A stretch of DNA of 63,960 nt, counting the filler, from Ionaspis alba (lineage: Eukaryota): NCBI GenBank assembly GCA_964255285.1. It is 3 parts of 3 records of this genome, joined end to end, with 100 filler letters (N's around TTAATTAATTAA, not from the genome) between each part and the next. Parts side by side here need not be neighbours in the genome. Positions count along the whole stretch, not along the records: positions 21,673 to 43,235 come from CAXUUL010000221.1; positions 43,336 to 63,960 come from CAXUUL010000242.1; 1 more part is not named here. The stretch is one strand, 5' to 3'. A program made the translations under genes and the position numbers. Positions 39,814 to 52,097 of this stretch are shown in pieces. Position 1 is the first letter of the stretch, and each line of letters opens with the position of its first letter. A model generated the notes under the pieces. It was given only the letters and a program-made list of their open reading frames with translations. It had not been told where the DNA came from and did no database searches.

Positions 39814-41111
39814 ATGCCGTTCGGAGTCTCAAACTCTTTCAAAAGGTAAGTCATCCATTCTAGAATCCATTTTTCAAATATACCTAAAGTCGCATCTACA
39901 GAGGCACAATGAAGACCTATTCCCGCCAACCAAATCGCTTCCTCCCTTCCAACCACGACGACGAGCTTCCCCGTAAACGAATCCGCATGGACGAGCGCGG
40001 CATGGTGCAAGAAACTACGGACTCAGTCCCCCAAAACAAATTCTCGACTCGCTCATCCATCGCATTCTCGTCACCACCTCCCTCAGACTCACCCGCCCTC
40101 TTCTCCTCTGATCCACCTACACACGAAACATCACTCTCACCGCCCTCCTCCCCACCACCTCGCATGCCTTCCCCACCAAAGCTCACCCGCAAGCCAACCT
40201 TCTCGTTTCTCAAGCGCAAACGTGCCAGCACAACCTCTGACCAGTTACCCACATCTCCTCTCACAGAAACTACCTCCACCGCCCTCAACGCGCCAAAGTC
40301 CCGGCCGGTCAAGAAAGCGCGCCTCACTCAGATGCAAATCGACCTCGGCGGTGAAATCCGCCGCGCGTGCAAGGGATGTGGGATGGATTTCATTCCGTCA
40401 AACGCGGAGGACGCGGCGCTGCACAAGGAGTTTCATTCGATGGATCTCAAGGGTGTGGATATGGGGCGAGGATTTGTAAAAGAGGTGAAGATGGTGGGTA
40501 GGGTAGAGGAGGGAGAGGTTGTGGTTGTTGTGGATGGGAAATGCGCCCTGGGTGTGAGAAGAAGGACGCAGAGAGTGCTAGAGGTTGTGAATAAGGATTT
40601 GGGGGCTGTAGATATTGAGGACGGTGTGCTGTGGGGGAGGGGTGCGGATGTGGAGGCGATCAAGAAAGCGAAAGGGAAGAAAAGCGTGCTTAGGACAAGT
40701 ACGATTGGTGAGGAAGAAAGGGAGGCGAGGTTCAAAGTCTTTCTGTACCTGGACGGCGACAGATGCGTTGGGCTTTGTCTGGCTGAACGCATTCGCAATG
40801 CTTCGAAGGTCGTTGCTGGATCGCAAGTATCAGAGTTCGAGACCGAGACTGCTACGAGGAGCTCGGCTATCGTGACTGAGGTGGGGAGAGAGCCAGCCCT
40901 GCTTGGGATCTCAAGGATCTGGACGTCGAAATCTCATCGGAGGAAGGGCATTGCTTCTGCGCTCCTAAACTGCGCAAGGGGCAGTTTCTTCTATGGGATC
41001 GAGGTGCCGAAGGAGATGGTAGCTTTTAGCCAGCCGAGTGAAAGTGGTGGGATGCTTGCGGAAAGCTGGTTTGGGAAAAGGAGTGGCTGGCATGTGTACA
41101 CTGAGGAATAA
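39814..41111 (+). CDS. ECO1: Cohesin acetyltransferase Eco1/ESCO; short first exon (intron about 39846-39901)
   Basis: PIP-box-like 'LTQMQIDLGG', C2H2 finger 'CKGCGM…EDAALHKEFH', and acetyltransferase motifs 'GISRIWTSKSHRRKGIA' and 'AFSQPSESG'. The ATG at 39814 splices in frame to the 39909 ORF. Confidence 0.92.
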
Positions 41112-41694
41112 CGGGATGGATCGAGAGGAGTCGAGTCTGGTGGATGCATGCTCCTCGTCTCAAATGTTGTCTTAGACGTTGAAGACTTGGATATCAAGTT
41201 GGATGTCCTGCACTGCTGGTCATCCATTGCTGGTCGTAGCTCCTTGCTCACAGTTTGAGTACATGCCATGCATGAAGCATCTGCATCATCATATGTTGAC
41301 AGGAGCTACAGAGGTCGCGATGTTCCTGATACGCCTTGGTATAAAAATGTTGGCTAAGACATAGTTACTGTTTGGCTGTAAGGTTATTAGAAATGCTTAA
41401 AGTGCACAGACTCCGGAGATGCTGAAGGCCGACTTCCCCGACTTCCCGAGAGCCTGACCTGCGTTAGCCCGTCCCTGCTCTCGTCAATAATTGTCCCTCG
41501 GGTGCTGACCCTACCGGCGTACGATAAGATTCAACGGCTGTTGCGGCGCTGAGCTCAGGTACTACAGCCCCCCAATAATCGGCGTGCAGCATGGCTCAGC
41601 ATCCACACCTGCTTGGCGATATAGGTGACTAGAGCGAGTTTCTTGTCTTGACATATTTGGGCTCTAGGACGACTTATACCTTGCCATGGACCTA

Positions 41695-43235
41695 ATGTCT
41701 GGTTCTAATCCCTTTCGCCGGAAGCAGCTCGCCCAGTTTCAGCTGGAGAATCTCGGGGTAAAGGAAGATGAGATAGAAAGTGCTGGGGCTCGGTTCCCCC
41801 CTCTTGATACAGGTGGTTCTTGCACAGGTCATACATAGAGTAGAACGTGGAAACTAATCTGATCGATAGAAATCCCGCGGACAACCCCGCGAGAGAATGC
41901 AAAGAAAGTCCGGATAGTATCGCCCCATTCATCTTCGAGTGATCTGGATAGCGATGGCGAGCACTCGGAAGGCCTGACATCTTCTGTTCGAGATGTGAAC
42001 GGGGTAGAAATTCAGCAGACGGAATATCATGAAGACCTACAAGGAGAACGGCCCTCAGACATAGATCCATTTCGGGCCGGGTCCGAGACCGATGATACAG
42101 CGGATGAAGATGACAAGCGTTCAGGAAAGAAGAAGGACACGAGGACACTGCCTTCGAAGGCTCGAAGTACATTGAATGTGGATTCCGATAGTCCGTGGAG
42201 ATCCTCCACCATAATTGGGAATCTACCGCGGAGGAGTAGGATTGATGAAGTCACACTGGCACAGCAGACACACTCGTTTCCACTCAAAGCACAGCAGACT
42301 CTAGGGATCTCTAGCGGGAGGAACAATCATCATGAAAATCTTCGTGATCAGTCTGTGTCCCCAGCGAACTCGCAACCAGTTCCTCCTAAAGCCCAAAAAA
42401 CCCTCGGCATTCCTTCAAACCCTTTTCAGAGGACTACTGCGGAGCCTAGAAATGCGTCCGGAAATGATCACGAAGTTCTCACGCACGCGGGCAATACCTC
42501 TTCAGCGAATACTCGTACACCGTTGGATGTGGATGCCTTCAAACGACTCCTGTTGACCGGTGACAGGGACACGCCAGACACTGGTACACCATCCAGCAAT
42601 CCTCTGCCTCTGCAAGGAGGCCAGGCAGACAGTAGTAGCAATACAGACGCTTCATCGCTATCAAGACAGTCTTTGACGGAATCTCATAAGGAGACACCTC
42701 GTACGTCACACGAGATATCTCCATCAGACGAGTTCTTCCTTTATTTCGGCGGTGCTGTCTCGCCTCAAACTGAACGAGCAGGTCCTCCTGTCCCCAGGGC
42801 ACGTATCACGAAATTTGGCAACAGAAGCACTTCCACCAAGCCAATTGTCCCCCATCTGTCGACGCAACAACCTGCAACGCCACCGAAGCCCTCAGCCCCC
42901 TTCGTCCCAATATCCCCTCAAGACCTCAATAAGCCTCTACCCCCACCTCCTTCTTCAAATGCCCCGGAGACCCGCCTGGCAGACCTCAGTTTTACTATGC
43001 CACCATCCGGAACCGTCCTCTCCGAACTCTCTGATACTTCCCTCCGCAGCGAACTTGCTGACACCTCCACGCCCAAGATCCGCATTGCCCCTCCCCCACC
43101 CCTCGCTCGACGGCAAACTCATCTCCGATCCAAACAGAATTCCCTCAACAGCCCCTCCTCAACCTCCATCGCGGAAGAAACCTCCACAGACCCACCCTCC
43201 ACATCCCAGCACCAGCCCAGCACAAACCCTAAAGC
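41695..43235 (+). CDS. Pro/Ser-rich hypothetical protein with NPF/DPF and SH3-ligand motifs; 3' end truncated by linker gap
   Basis: Exon 1 MSGSNPFRRK… splices (GTGGTT...TAG, about 41812-41868) in frame into the 41995 ORF. Contains the motif 'LDVDAFKRLLLTG'. An in-frame ATG at 41686 is an alternative start. Confidence 0.7.
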
Positions 43236-43335
43236 NNNNNNNNNNNNNNNNNNNNNNNNNNNNNNNNNNNNNNNNNNNNTTAATTAATTAANNNNNNNNN
43301 NNNNNNNNNNNNNNNNNNNNNNNNNNNNNNNNNNN
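43236..43335. other. Assembly gap with artificial six-frame stop linker (N44-TTAATTAATTAA-N44)
   Basis: Same as 21573-21672. Plain N100 gaps occur at 9256, 18241, 33162, 46664, 49302 and 62460. Confidence 0.95.
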
Positions 43336-43596
43336 AAATTTCTGCCATGCTTGAGCTCTACGGTCATTACATAGTAGTCTAAGTACTAGTATCATAAAGA
43401 GCTTCGATTCTAAAGGTCTCAAATTCCAGGCAAACTAGTAGGTGTGGCAGGCTATGTGCAATACATGCAATAGTACACCGAGAGATATCGAGTATCACCG
43501 CATCCTTCTATTGGTCCACTGATAGCACCAAAGCGTGTAGCATCAACCGCATGTATCCTGGCGACGAAACTTCAATTCCAACCACCCTCCTTTGTA

Positions 43597-45278
43597 TTAA
43601 GCAGGGGTCTCCTTGTCCGGATTCTTCCCGCTGAAATCCTCGTCAGGTAGACCTCCGTAGATCTGTTCCAGTGATTAGCTTCTACATATTGAATCATTCG
43701 GAGATAGGGAAACACTCACAGTCTCGACAATGATACCGGTGATTTGATAAGGATCCGCGTTGCTAGCTGGTCGTCTGTCCTCGAAGTATCCTTTGCCCTC
43801 CCTCGCGCATTGACGTGGGATACGGATACTTGCACCACGGTTCGCGACACCCCAGCTGAAACTATCAATGTTGCCAGTCTCGTGCTTTCCGGTCAAACGC
43901 TCGGCATTGCCCTCTCCGTACACGGCAATGTGGTCGACGTGGCGTGCTTCGAGCTTCTTCATGGCTGCTTCGATGTGCTTCATGCCACCGTTTGCGCGCA
44001 TCTCAGCGCTTGAGACGTTGGTGTGGAGACCGGCACCGTTCCAGTCGCCGGGGATGGGCTTAGGAGCGAAGGAGATCTTGGCACCGAATTCTTCTGCGAC
44101 GCGGTGGAGGAGGAATCGGGACATCCACATGTGGTCGCCCACTTAATTGCTAGTCAGATAATGGCTTATAAGGAGATTTCATGAGTAAATGAACTCACAT
44201 TCGATTCCAGCGCATGGACCGACTTGGTATTCCCACTGAGCGGGCATGACCTCTGCGTTGATACCGGCGATCTTGATTCCAGAGTACAGGCAGGCCTTGT
44301 AGTGAGCCTCCACAATATCTCTGCAGAAGACCTTCCCAGTACCAACACCACAGTAGTAAGGACCTTGAGCACCCGGGAAACCGTTCTTAGGCCAGCCATA
44401 CGGCCAACCCTCAGGTCCAAGAAGTGTGTATTCCTGCTCAAGACCAAACCACAAATCGTGCTTGGCATTGGCCTCCATCAGCCTTGCGGCCTCGTGACGG
44501 TAGTTGAATTTGTTGGGGCTCCCATCGGGATCCCATGTCTCGCAGAGAACAAGAATGTTGGGCTCCAGACGGAAAGGATCGGGGTATATGGCAACAGGGC
44601 GGATGTAGACATCAGAGTTGTCGCCGGGAGCTTGACCAGTCGATGAACCATCGAAGTTCCATTCCGGAAGCTCGTCGACGCTCTTGACAGGTTTCGAGAT
44701 GGTCTGGATTTCGGTAAATCGCTAGTGTCAGCCAAGTCTTTTTGCGTTGTTTTTAGAAATCCGGTGGTCATAAATTGCGGTCATAGCCGGGCTGAAGATG
44801 ACTGAGTGGCTTGGGCAGCTTATCGCGACAAGCCGGTAGGGTAGTGATCGGCAAACTACGTACTGGCCGCTCTTCAAAAAAAATAGAGAGGCCAGTGTTG
44901 CGTTGGGAATGCCGCGCATGAAGGGAATGGGGAAGAGGTACCGTAGAAGCGAAAAGGAAGAGAAGAATGAAAGTGGACCAGGGGACGAGGTTGCAGTTGA
45001 CGGATTGAACGGGTACTGACCTTGGTCTTGCAGCGCACACCGTTGGTACCATCGATCCAGACGTACTCTGCCATGATCGACCCTCGCTGGTCGAGTCGCA
45101 TGTACTTCATGACCTGTAGCCATCGTTATGAGCTTGCTGATTCGTCTCGAATGTCGCATAGCTGCAGACTTACATTGTCCGTGTTGGAGACGACCGTGGA
45201 TTCGCCCTGCAGCACGCTATCAGTACACGCGAGCAGTTGCTGAGAATCCTTATCAGCGGGAGCTTTGCTACTTACCAT
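43597..45278 (-). CDS. GLN1: Glutamine synthetase (GSII); 6 exons, first coding exon is ATG only
   Basis: 'AEYVWIDG', '[13 protein letters not shown]', 'WFGLEQEY', '[16 protein letters not shown]', 'GDWNGAGLH', 'RLTGKHET' and '[14 protein letters not shown]'. Introns 45207-45275, 45114-45173, 44704-45020, about 44142-44198 and about 43663-43719. Confidence 0.97.
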
Positions 45279-46109
45279 GATTGCAAGTCGAAGGTGAACA
45301 ACAATTGGGAATTTTCTGATATGTTGGTAGAAGGTTGATCTCTCAAAGGAGATGAGTGAGTGAGTATTGTAGCAGTTGAAGAAGTGGTATGAAGGACGGA
45401 GAGGGAGAAGAAGAAAGAGAGCTGGGGGACGAAGGAGGGATCTTTAAGCTCTAGCGGGCAGAATGGCAGGCATGCCAAGCTTTAGCGAATGCGTGGGGTG
45501 GCCTGCTGGGGCTTTGCTGGGGTTTACTCACCTGGAATTGGGTGGATTGGATGGATTGGAGCTCATGCCATTCCAACAACACGCCTATCTTTCCCACCAT
45601 ACAATCCACTATCGAACGAACTATGTCATGCACGAGAGCGGGAAGTCCTCTACTACTGATGTGATGTAGAGCGTGCACCACACCTTATCGAGAAGGACTC
45701 CGTTTCTAGGGTTCTCAAAAGCTGGTTCACATGGTATGGGAGATTCGCAGTCGTTCTATTTGGAGCTGATCTAAATAAAGTACACATACTGACTTCTGAG
45801 TGCTGCGAAACAGATACCTGTACGTCGTGTATGCAAGTACATGCTCTATCTAAGGTATCGGTAGCGACGGTGTGTTTTGCTTGGTTCCTGACCATCGGGG
45901 ACAGATGCAGCTAATGCCCCAGATATACCGTGTCTATCAACTCCTCAAAACACAGATCGTGCCACCACGGTACTTTGCACTTTTGTTTTAGATGAAGCCT
46001 GGTTCCCATCCCGCATGCGGGCTTCGATCCCATAGGTCCGTGGTCAATGTTCTTATCCCTTAACCCGCCATATGCCCACAAAGATCTCCACGGGACTAGT
46101 GGTGATAAG
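44819..46109. promoter_or_regulatory. Five GATAAG sites (AreA/Nit2-type nitrogen regulation) in the GLN1 promoter and introns
   Basis: CTTATC at 44819, 45249, 45684 and 46052, and GATAAG at 46104. Confidence 0.5.
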
Positions 46110-47660
46110 AACATTTTGCTTCTGCCGAGGAGTAGATGTGGTGGGTAAAAGACCTACAAACAACAAGGAATACACACCAAACATGAGAATCTGGTGTGAA
46201 ACGATGTGTCACAGTAACATGCGAACAGTCGCGATGACATCCCCATCTTATTCATCTTGACACTTGCCCAGACATGAAGCTCCAAATTCCCAAGAGGGTT
46301 CCTTGCATCTCCCGATGACCGGACGGTGGGTCAGTGGCGGCAGACCGATCAAAACCACGCGGCTGATCTATCTTAGTCTCTGCCGTTATCGCACCAATCG
46401 GCCGAACCTCGCCTTGACTCAGCCGTCTGACTACTTCGTCCTCATTGGTACGAATTTGTATCATGGCGCAGATGGGGAAGTGTGGATTTGAAGCTCTGAC
46501 AGACTAACAGCAGTCGAGGGTTGCCAATATCATACACAACACAACCGTCTAGGCGTTGTCCAATGTATCAATGGTCCTAGCTGTGACGGCTGCAGAGCGT
46601 AGAGTAGAAGGAGCTGTTGGGCATTGGATCAATGGACAATGAAGCTTTACAGGGATGACTGTTNNNNNNNNNNNNNNNNNNNNNNNNNNNNNNNNNNNNN
46701 NNNNNNNNNNNNNNNNNNNNNNNNNNNNNNNNNNNNNNNNNNNNNNNNNNNNNNNNNNNNNNNGCGATGGGACAATTACAGAACGACCGCCTTTGTGTGA
46801 TTGGCTGAAAAGCGGTTTGCTTCTACCAGCGCATGCATCTCTTGATGATCGTTCAATGCCCGATGCCCAACTTCATTCCAATGTTTGAGCCAACGAGCAC
46901 CATCATTCGATCTTGGGCCGTAGTAATAGGGAAGCTTGCCGTAGCTTCCCACGAATCATTATTTCGAACTCCAAATTATTGGTAGAGACTTGTCTCCTGA
47001 ACTGTAGCGTGGTCGAACTGTGTTATTGAACCTAGAGAAGTACCTTTAGCAGCCAGAATTATTCCAGCTTCGAACTCGTTGTCAGACGTTGAAAGAAACT
47101 TCGCCAACCATTCGGCAATATGCTTAAGCGATTCATCTGCTTCGTAGCCGCATCATATCACGATGTATTCCCGTCCATCGGCACCTTGGCGATTGACTCT
47201 GTGCAGGCAAACAGGAGAGCGGGGAGACAAGGTAACAAAGCAACAGCATCAAATGGTGATCACAGCGCACAATCGCATTGTCCAACAAGCAAACCACGCG
47301 AGATAGGCGCGGCATAACAAAGAAATTTATAGTCGACGATTGTACGCGGAACAAAGGTCGTACAACAGCTCCGGTCTCCATATAGACACAGCCCTCCGCA
47401 CCTTGCGATTAGATCGTTTGTTTTGCGAAATGCCAGCAAGATGAAGGAAACAAAAGGACAAAGAAAGAAGCCGTGTTCAATTCCTAGAATATACCCAACT
47501 TCAAAACCCATGATCCCATAGCCAGTCTGCTCTCCATGCAGCCTTTCACCAGTCTCGAAATCAGAAAGACTTGCGACCAGTCGCTGGCATGAAACACATA
47601 CTGCACGTTCATAGAAGTACCATCGAATAGAAGTACCATCAAAACACCAGGCAATGAATC

Positions 47661-48011
47661 ATGTGCGAATTGGAGGATACCTTCTATGGTGGGTGCCAGC
47701 ACTGGGGCCCACCGCACAACTACAACTCATGCGGTGGAGTCGTCGGAATCAAGGGCGGAGCGGTAGGATGCCACAACAGTGTGACGACCGGTTCGGTCAG
47801 ATTGCCAGGCCTGTGTCCGGGCTGTGCCTATCTCAGTAAGAGCAGGACGGCGAATGGTATGTTCGAAAGGATCAATTACAGAGTATCGGACGACGCCAGG
47901 GAGTCGATGAGGCAATGCTTGCGCCTGAAGCAGCTGGCTTCCCAGAATGACCCTCATTTTGATCCACCAACCGACATGACGAAGCTGGAGAGACGAAGGT
48001 CAGTTCCCTAG
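47661..48011 (+). CDS. Small Cys/His-rich hypothetical protein (putative zinc-binding)
   Basis: 116-aa ORF with the pattern MC-x9-C-x-H…C-x12-C…CxxC, typical of small fungal 'MC…Y.C.H' proteins. ATCATG start context. Confidence 0.55.
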   Translation: MCELEDTFYGGCQHWGPPHNYNSCGGVVGIKGGAVGCHNSVTTGSVRLPGLCPGCAYLSKSRTANGMFERINYRVSDDARESMRQCLRLKQLASQNDPHFDPPTDMTKLERRRSVP

Positions 48012-49254
48012 CTTGCCACTTTCATCACTGCAAGCTGATGCCTCTCAGGCTCTTGAGTTGGTTCTGTAGGAATATGTACCAGCTATGACATGTTGGCATG
48101 AGTTGAACGATAATGAGATACCCATTTGCAGAATGCAAAATAGAATTGTTCGTCCTCTCGGACTTCCCAGAACTTCTTGATGCACGTGACGGCCAGTAGC
48201 CTATCATACGTGACCATAGAGTGCCACACAGCAAAACAACCCAGAGTAGCAGTACAAACATGCCAGACTCGGCAAAGACAGCATTACACCGTCTTCAGCC
48301 GCGGAGATCGTATAGAGGGAGACGTAGCCAGCGATGCCACAGAGCAAACACAGAACATCTAGATCCCTCCCGCCGAAGTGGCTGCACGTCTGGAATGCAC
48401 ATCTCAAATCCAGACAACCGAGTTCGGGGAACTCATCAGTCAACTGGGAGGTTGTGGACAAACTGTCAAGTGAGAGGATTGAGGTGCAGTTAATTTTGGA
48501 ATCATGGCGGCATTATATTCCCACGTGGTCAGCGCGTGGCTTGCGATAGACAAAGAGTGAGCACGTATCTTGAACAACAATGTACTGAGCTTCAATCCAG
48601 TCTTGTTGGTATGTCTTTGTGGTGCTTTATTGAAAGGTCGGCGAACCTGTTGAAGGTGAAGCCAACTGGATAATGAAGGGAATAAGCGTGATGACCGATT
48701 TGCAAGTCCCAGTATATGTAGGAATATGCCTGACTTTCCACCAGAAGCTCACTAATTTCTTGGCGATAGGTGAAGACGGGCACGCAGAGTTTGCACACCA
48801 AAGCCGCAATTTAAGTGGTAGCCCACTAAGAGGACCCCACGCGCTTTGCAAGTGCGTATTGGGCGCATCCATGTGCTCAAAACTACCGTCTTCTTCGTAA
48901 TTTTCAGAATAAGTTCTTTTGATCCAACTAATTTGCAAGCCGCATGACATGTTATGCGGGCAATAACTCGTGCCAACAAAGAGATCCATTTTCCCAGAAG
49001 ACGATCATGGTTCTCATGCAAGAAGAGTAAAGCAAGCTTGACCTGTCACCCAGTGATAGATTGCATCATATATCTGCAGATCTCGGTATCTTGCAGGAGA
49101 AGGCGGCCCGCAAATCTTTCGGACGTGCATGCATGTCACCCATGGTGTGACTCACGCAAAGATGGTAGATCTGAGGATCTTCTAAAGACAACCTACTTGC
49201 AGGCGCAACTGGTGATACACGAACACTCATTGAGAAATGATAGATCAAACCGCT

Positions 49255-49911
49255 ATGTCTTCTCCTCCACTCTCTAGCTCCACTGCCTCCTCATGCAAGA
49301 CNNNNNNNNNNNNNNNNNNNNNNNNNNNNNNNNNNNNNNNNNNNNNNNNNNNNNNNNNNNNNNNNNNNNNNNNNNNNNNNNNNNNNNNNNNNNNNNNNNN
49401 NGATGCATCAGCAAACATGCTTCGGATTGCCCGAACGCGATGTGCAGAGCATTTGGCATCGCTGCCTGAACATCAAAGGGCGCGAAATGTTGATTTCGTC
49501 CAGTTTGATATGCTCGGATCGCAGGGTCTTCCGAGCTCGATATGCAACGCACATGCTATCATTAGTACACTCGTGCTTGAGCATATTCCTGTTGAAAGGT
49601 TCTTTTTGGTCGCTGCAGACTTGCTGAAACGTGAAGGATGCCTTCTACTTACCAACATGCATGCCGACATGGGTGCAATCTCCCAAGCTGGATTCCTGGA
49701 TCCTAAAAGCGGAGAGAAAGTAAGGCCGGTGAGCTATGCGCACCGTATCGAGGATGTTCTGCAAGAGGCGACTCGTTGCGGATTCGACCTAATCAAAGAG
49801 GTGCAGGAGATAGCTGTGGAGAAAGAGATGTTGGGTCGTATAGGGAAACGAGGGGAAAAGTGGATAGGGATCAGATGTTGGTTCGGTATGATACTGAGAA
49901 AGTCGAGATGA
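49255..49911 (+). CDS. Class I SAM-dependent methyltransferase (gap removes motif I)
   Basis: 'DASANML', 'AIISTLVLEHIP', 'LLLTNMH', 'ISQAGFLDPKSGEK.RPVSYAH' and 'KWIGIRCWFG'. Confidence 0.8.
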   Translation: MSSPPLSSSTASSCKXXXXXXXXXXXXXXXXXXXXXXXXXXXXXXXXXXDASANMLRIARTRCAEHLASLPEHQRARNVDFVQFDMLGSQGLPSSICNAHAIISTLVLEHIPVERFFLVAADLLKREGCLLLTNMHADMGAISQAGFLDPKSGEKVRPVSYAHRIEDVLQEATRCGFDLIKEVQEIAVEKEMLGRIGKRGEKWIGIRCWFGMILRKSR

Positions 49912-52097
49912 AAGGGGTGGAACAGATGTTCCAGGGAGCATGTAGTAATAGGCAAATTATCAATGTCGTGCAACATGAGGAAGGGGGGCTTGGCTGCATC
50001 AAAGGAAGACACCACTGATGAGATTCGAGAGAAGTAGACAGCCCATCCTAGATCGTGGAGAATGCGGCGAGGTACGAATCCTGTCGTCGTTGTGTCTTTT
50101 AGATAGTACCGCAAAGAATGTTCTTTGGTGCCAACCTCGCACTCCGCGTGGATACTGGCCAGGAAGTCATGACGAATCAGATCCAGGATCCAGCCTGACG
50201 TTGTATGATTGTCGTGAGCAAGCATTTTTAAGATTCAACGGTACGACTGTCTGATCATTTGCAACGATTGCGCATTCACTGCACTATGCTGGTCGATGGC
50301 ACGGCTCTGTGGAAGGGTTGGCGAAGCTCCAGAAACAGTCTTGTTGGACGACATGGATGGATGTTGGTCAGCGGTCAGCAATTCCGTTCAGTAGTGCAGT
50401 AGTTCCACTCATCACAAGCACTGGAGGGTGGGAGAAGAATTTATTTGCTTTGCACGCGACACCAATCGGCGGTTAGAATGCGACCTACATGCTGTGCTTC
50501 CAGGCCTAAATTCGAAACACAGCCAGAACGAAGCCATCTGCTAGGTCGGTCCCTGTTATGGCGGAGGTGCTGACTAGGAAGTGGCCTTCCGCAGCGTATC
50601 ACGATACAGTAGTACTTGGGATTGCTTTTGTATGAGAATGGGGTAGCATGCGAACTGCTCATAGTAGTAGAATTGACTAAGAGACCGCTACTGGTCTCTA
50701 CCACCGTGTTGATATGTGTATGACGGAGACCAATAGCGGGCACTTGCTGGATTGCTTTGACTTTGCAACTTGACAAATTGGGCGACCTGGCGGGATACTT
50801 AGAAAGGCGAGTTGACTCTAGCTGGAGTTAAGCCTATTGGTTGCAGCCACAAGGAGATATTTGAGGACGAGTTTTGTCAGTCAAGAAGACGCCGTCAGCA
50901 ACGAGGCGGTTTCCGGCGAAGCCGCTTTCTCCGTGTGAGAAACTGGCTGAACATAGATGGACCTGCAAACATTGGAGTGTTTAGCACATCTAACCACTTA
51001 CACGTAACGTCCTCTCCGCATTAATTGTCCAGTGCCAGTAGGATTGCCGTAGTGAAGGAGCATTCTGTTTTATGAGGACCACTTGCATCAGCGGTGTTGG
51101 ATGGCCGTCGAATCAAAAAATCTGAGGTGTTTACTGCGCCGTACAGGCTTCGAGCCTAGCATCTTCAGCCTCTGCAAGCCCACTCTTCAACCATTTGTAT
51201 AATAGCGGATCGGGGAGGAGGCCGCCGGGCTGACATGTGGATGGAACAATCATTCTTCTCCATCATCCACCAACCTCGACGAATATTTTTCACTACGTAT
51301 TCCACACATATTCCCCGAACTTCACGGGAGACGATTGTCGTCAGCCTTCAGCAGTTCGCCCGAGGTGTGTGTTCGTGCGCAAGACATAGCCGGGGCAAGC
51401 TTCTAAACTGCCGAAGCGTCGAATTTGCGAGAACTCTACTGCAATTGGTAGAGTGTACTCCCTCTGCTCGTGATCATTACTACTATTCTCTGATTATTGC
51501 TCTTCGAACAAGTGAGTCCCTGCCATTATCCCTTCTCCTTTTCTACTTAGCAATATTGTCTACTCCCTTTCTCTCCATCACATACCACTTCCTGGTTGTT
51601 CTAAACCTTTCTCGACGGCATTGACTGCGTTAGTCGCTAATCGCCTCGACACTGCAGACTGGGGAACCTGACATAGTGCAATTGAAGCGGAGGCTCGAGC
51701 AACTCCCCCGTAAGGGAACCTAACTCCCTTTTGATGTAAGTTCATTCAACCCCCTTCTTTAACTTTCTGTCTCCGATCCCACCACGGCAACTCTATCTTT
51801 GTCACGGAATACGGGTCAGAAGTGGTGACCATTAATGCCCGTGTCTCACTTTCCAAGCCGTCGTGAAGAAGAACAATCCTCCGATATTTTTGCTGACAAG
51901 CACTTGCCTTGCCTCTTAGCAACGTCAACCTCGAAAACCCTACGTAACACACCCATTGTTCTTCATACGGGGCGCCACGATACTCATAATTGCAATGTAT
52001 CGGCCTCATCATTGAGCTCTATTCTTTATCGCACCAGATTGAGCTCCACCTCGTGGGCGTTGCGCGACGAGTGACTCTCCTCGTCCTTCAGTGTAGA

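Noticed and set aside
46000..46060. tRNA-like fragments (GGGCTTCGATCCC; GGTCCGTGGTC)
   Set aside because: The elements are in the wrong order and no cloverleaf can be folded.
48592..49021. Overlapping minus-strand ORFs and a 20-bp imperfect palindrome at 48940-48959
   Set aside because: No recognisable homology, and one such palindrome is plausible by chance in 64 kb.
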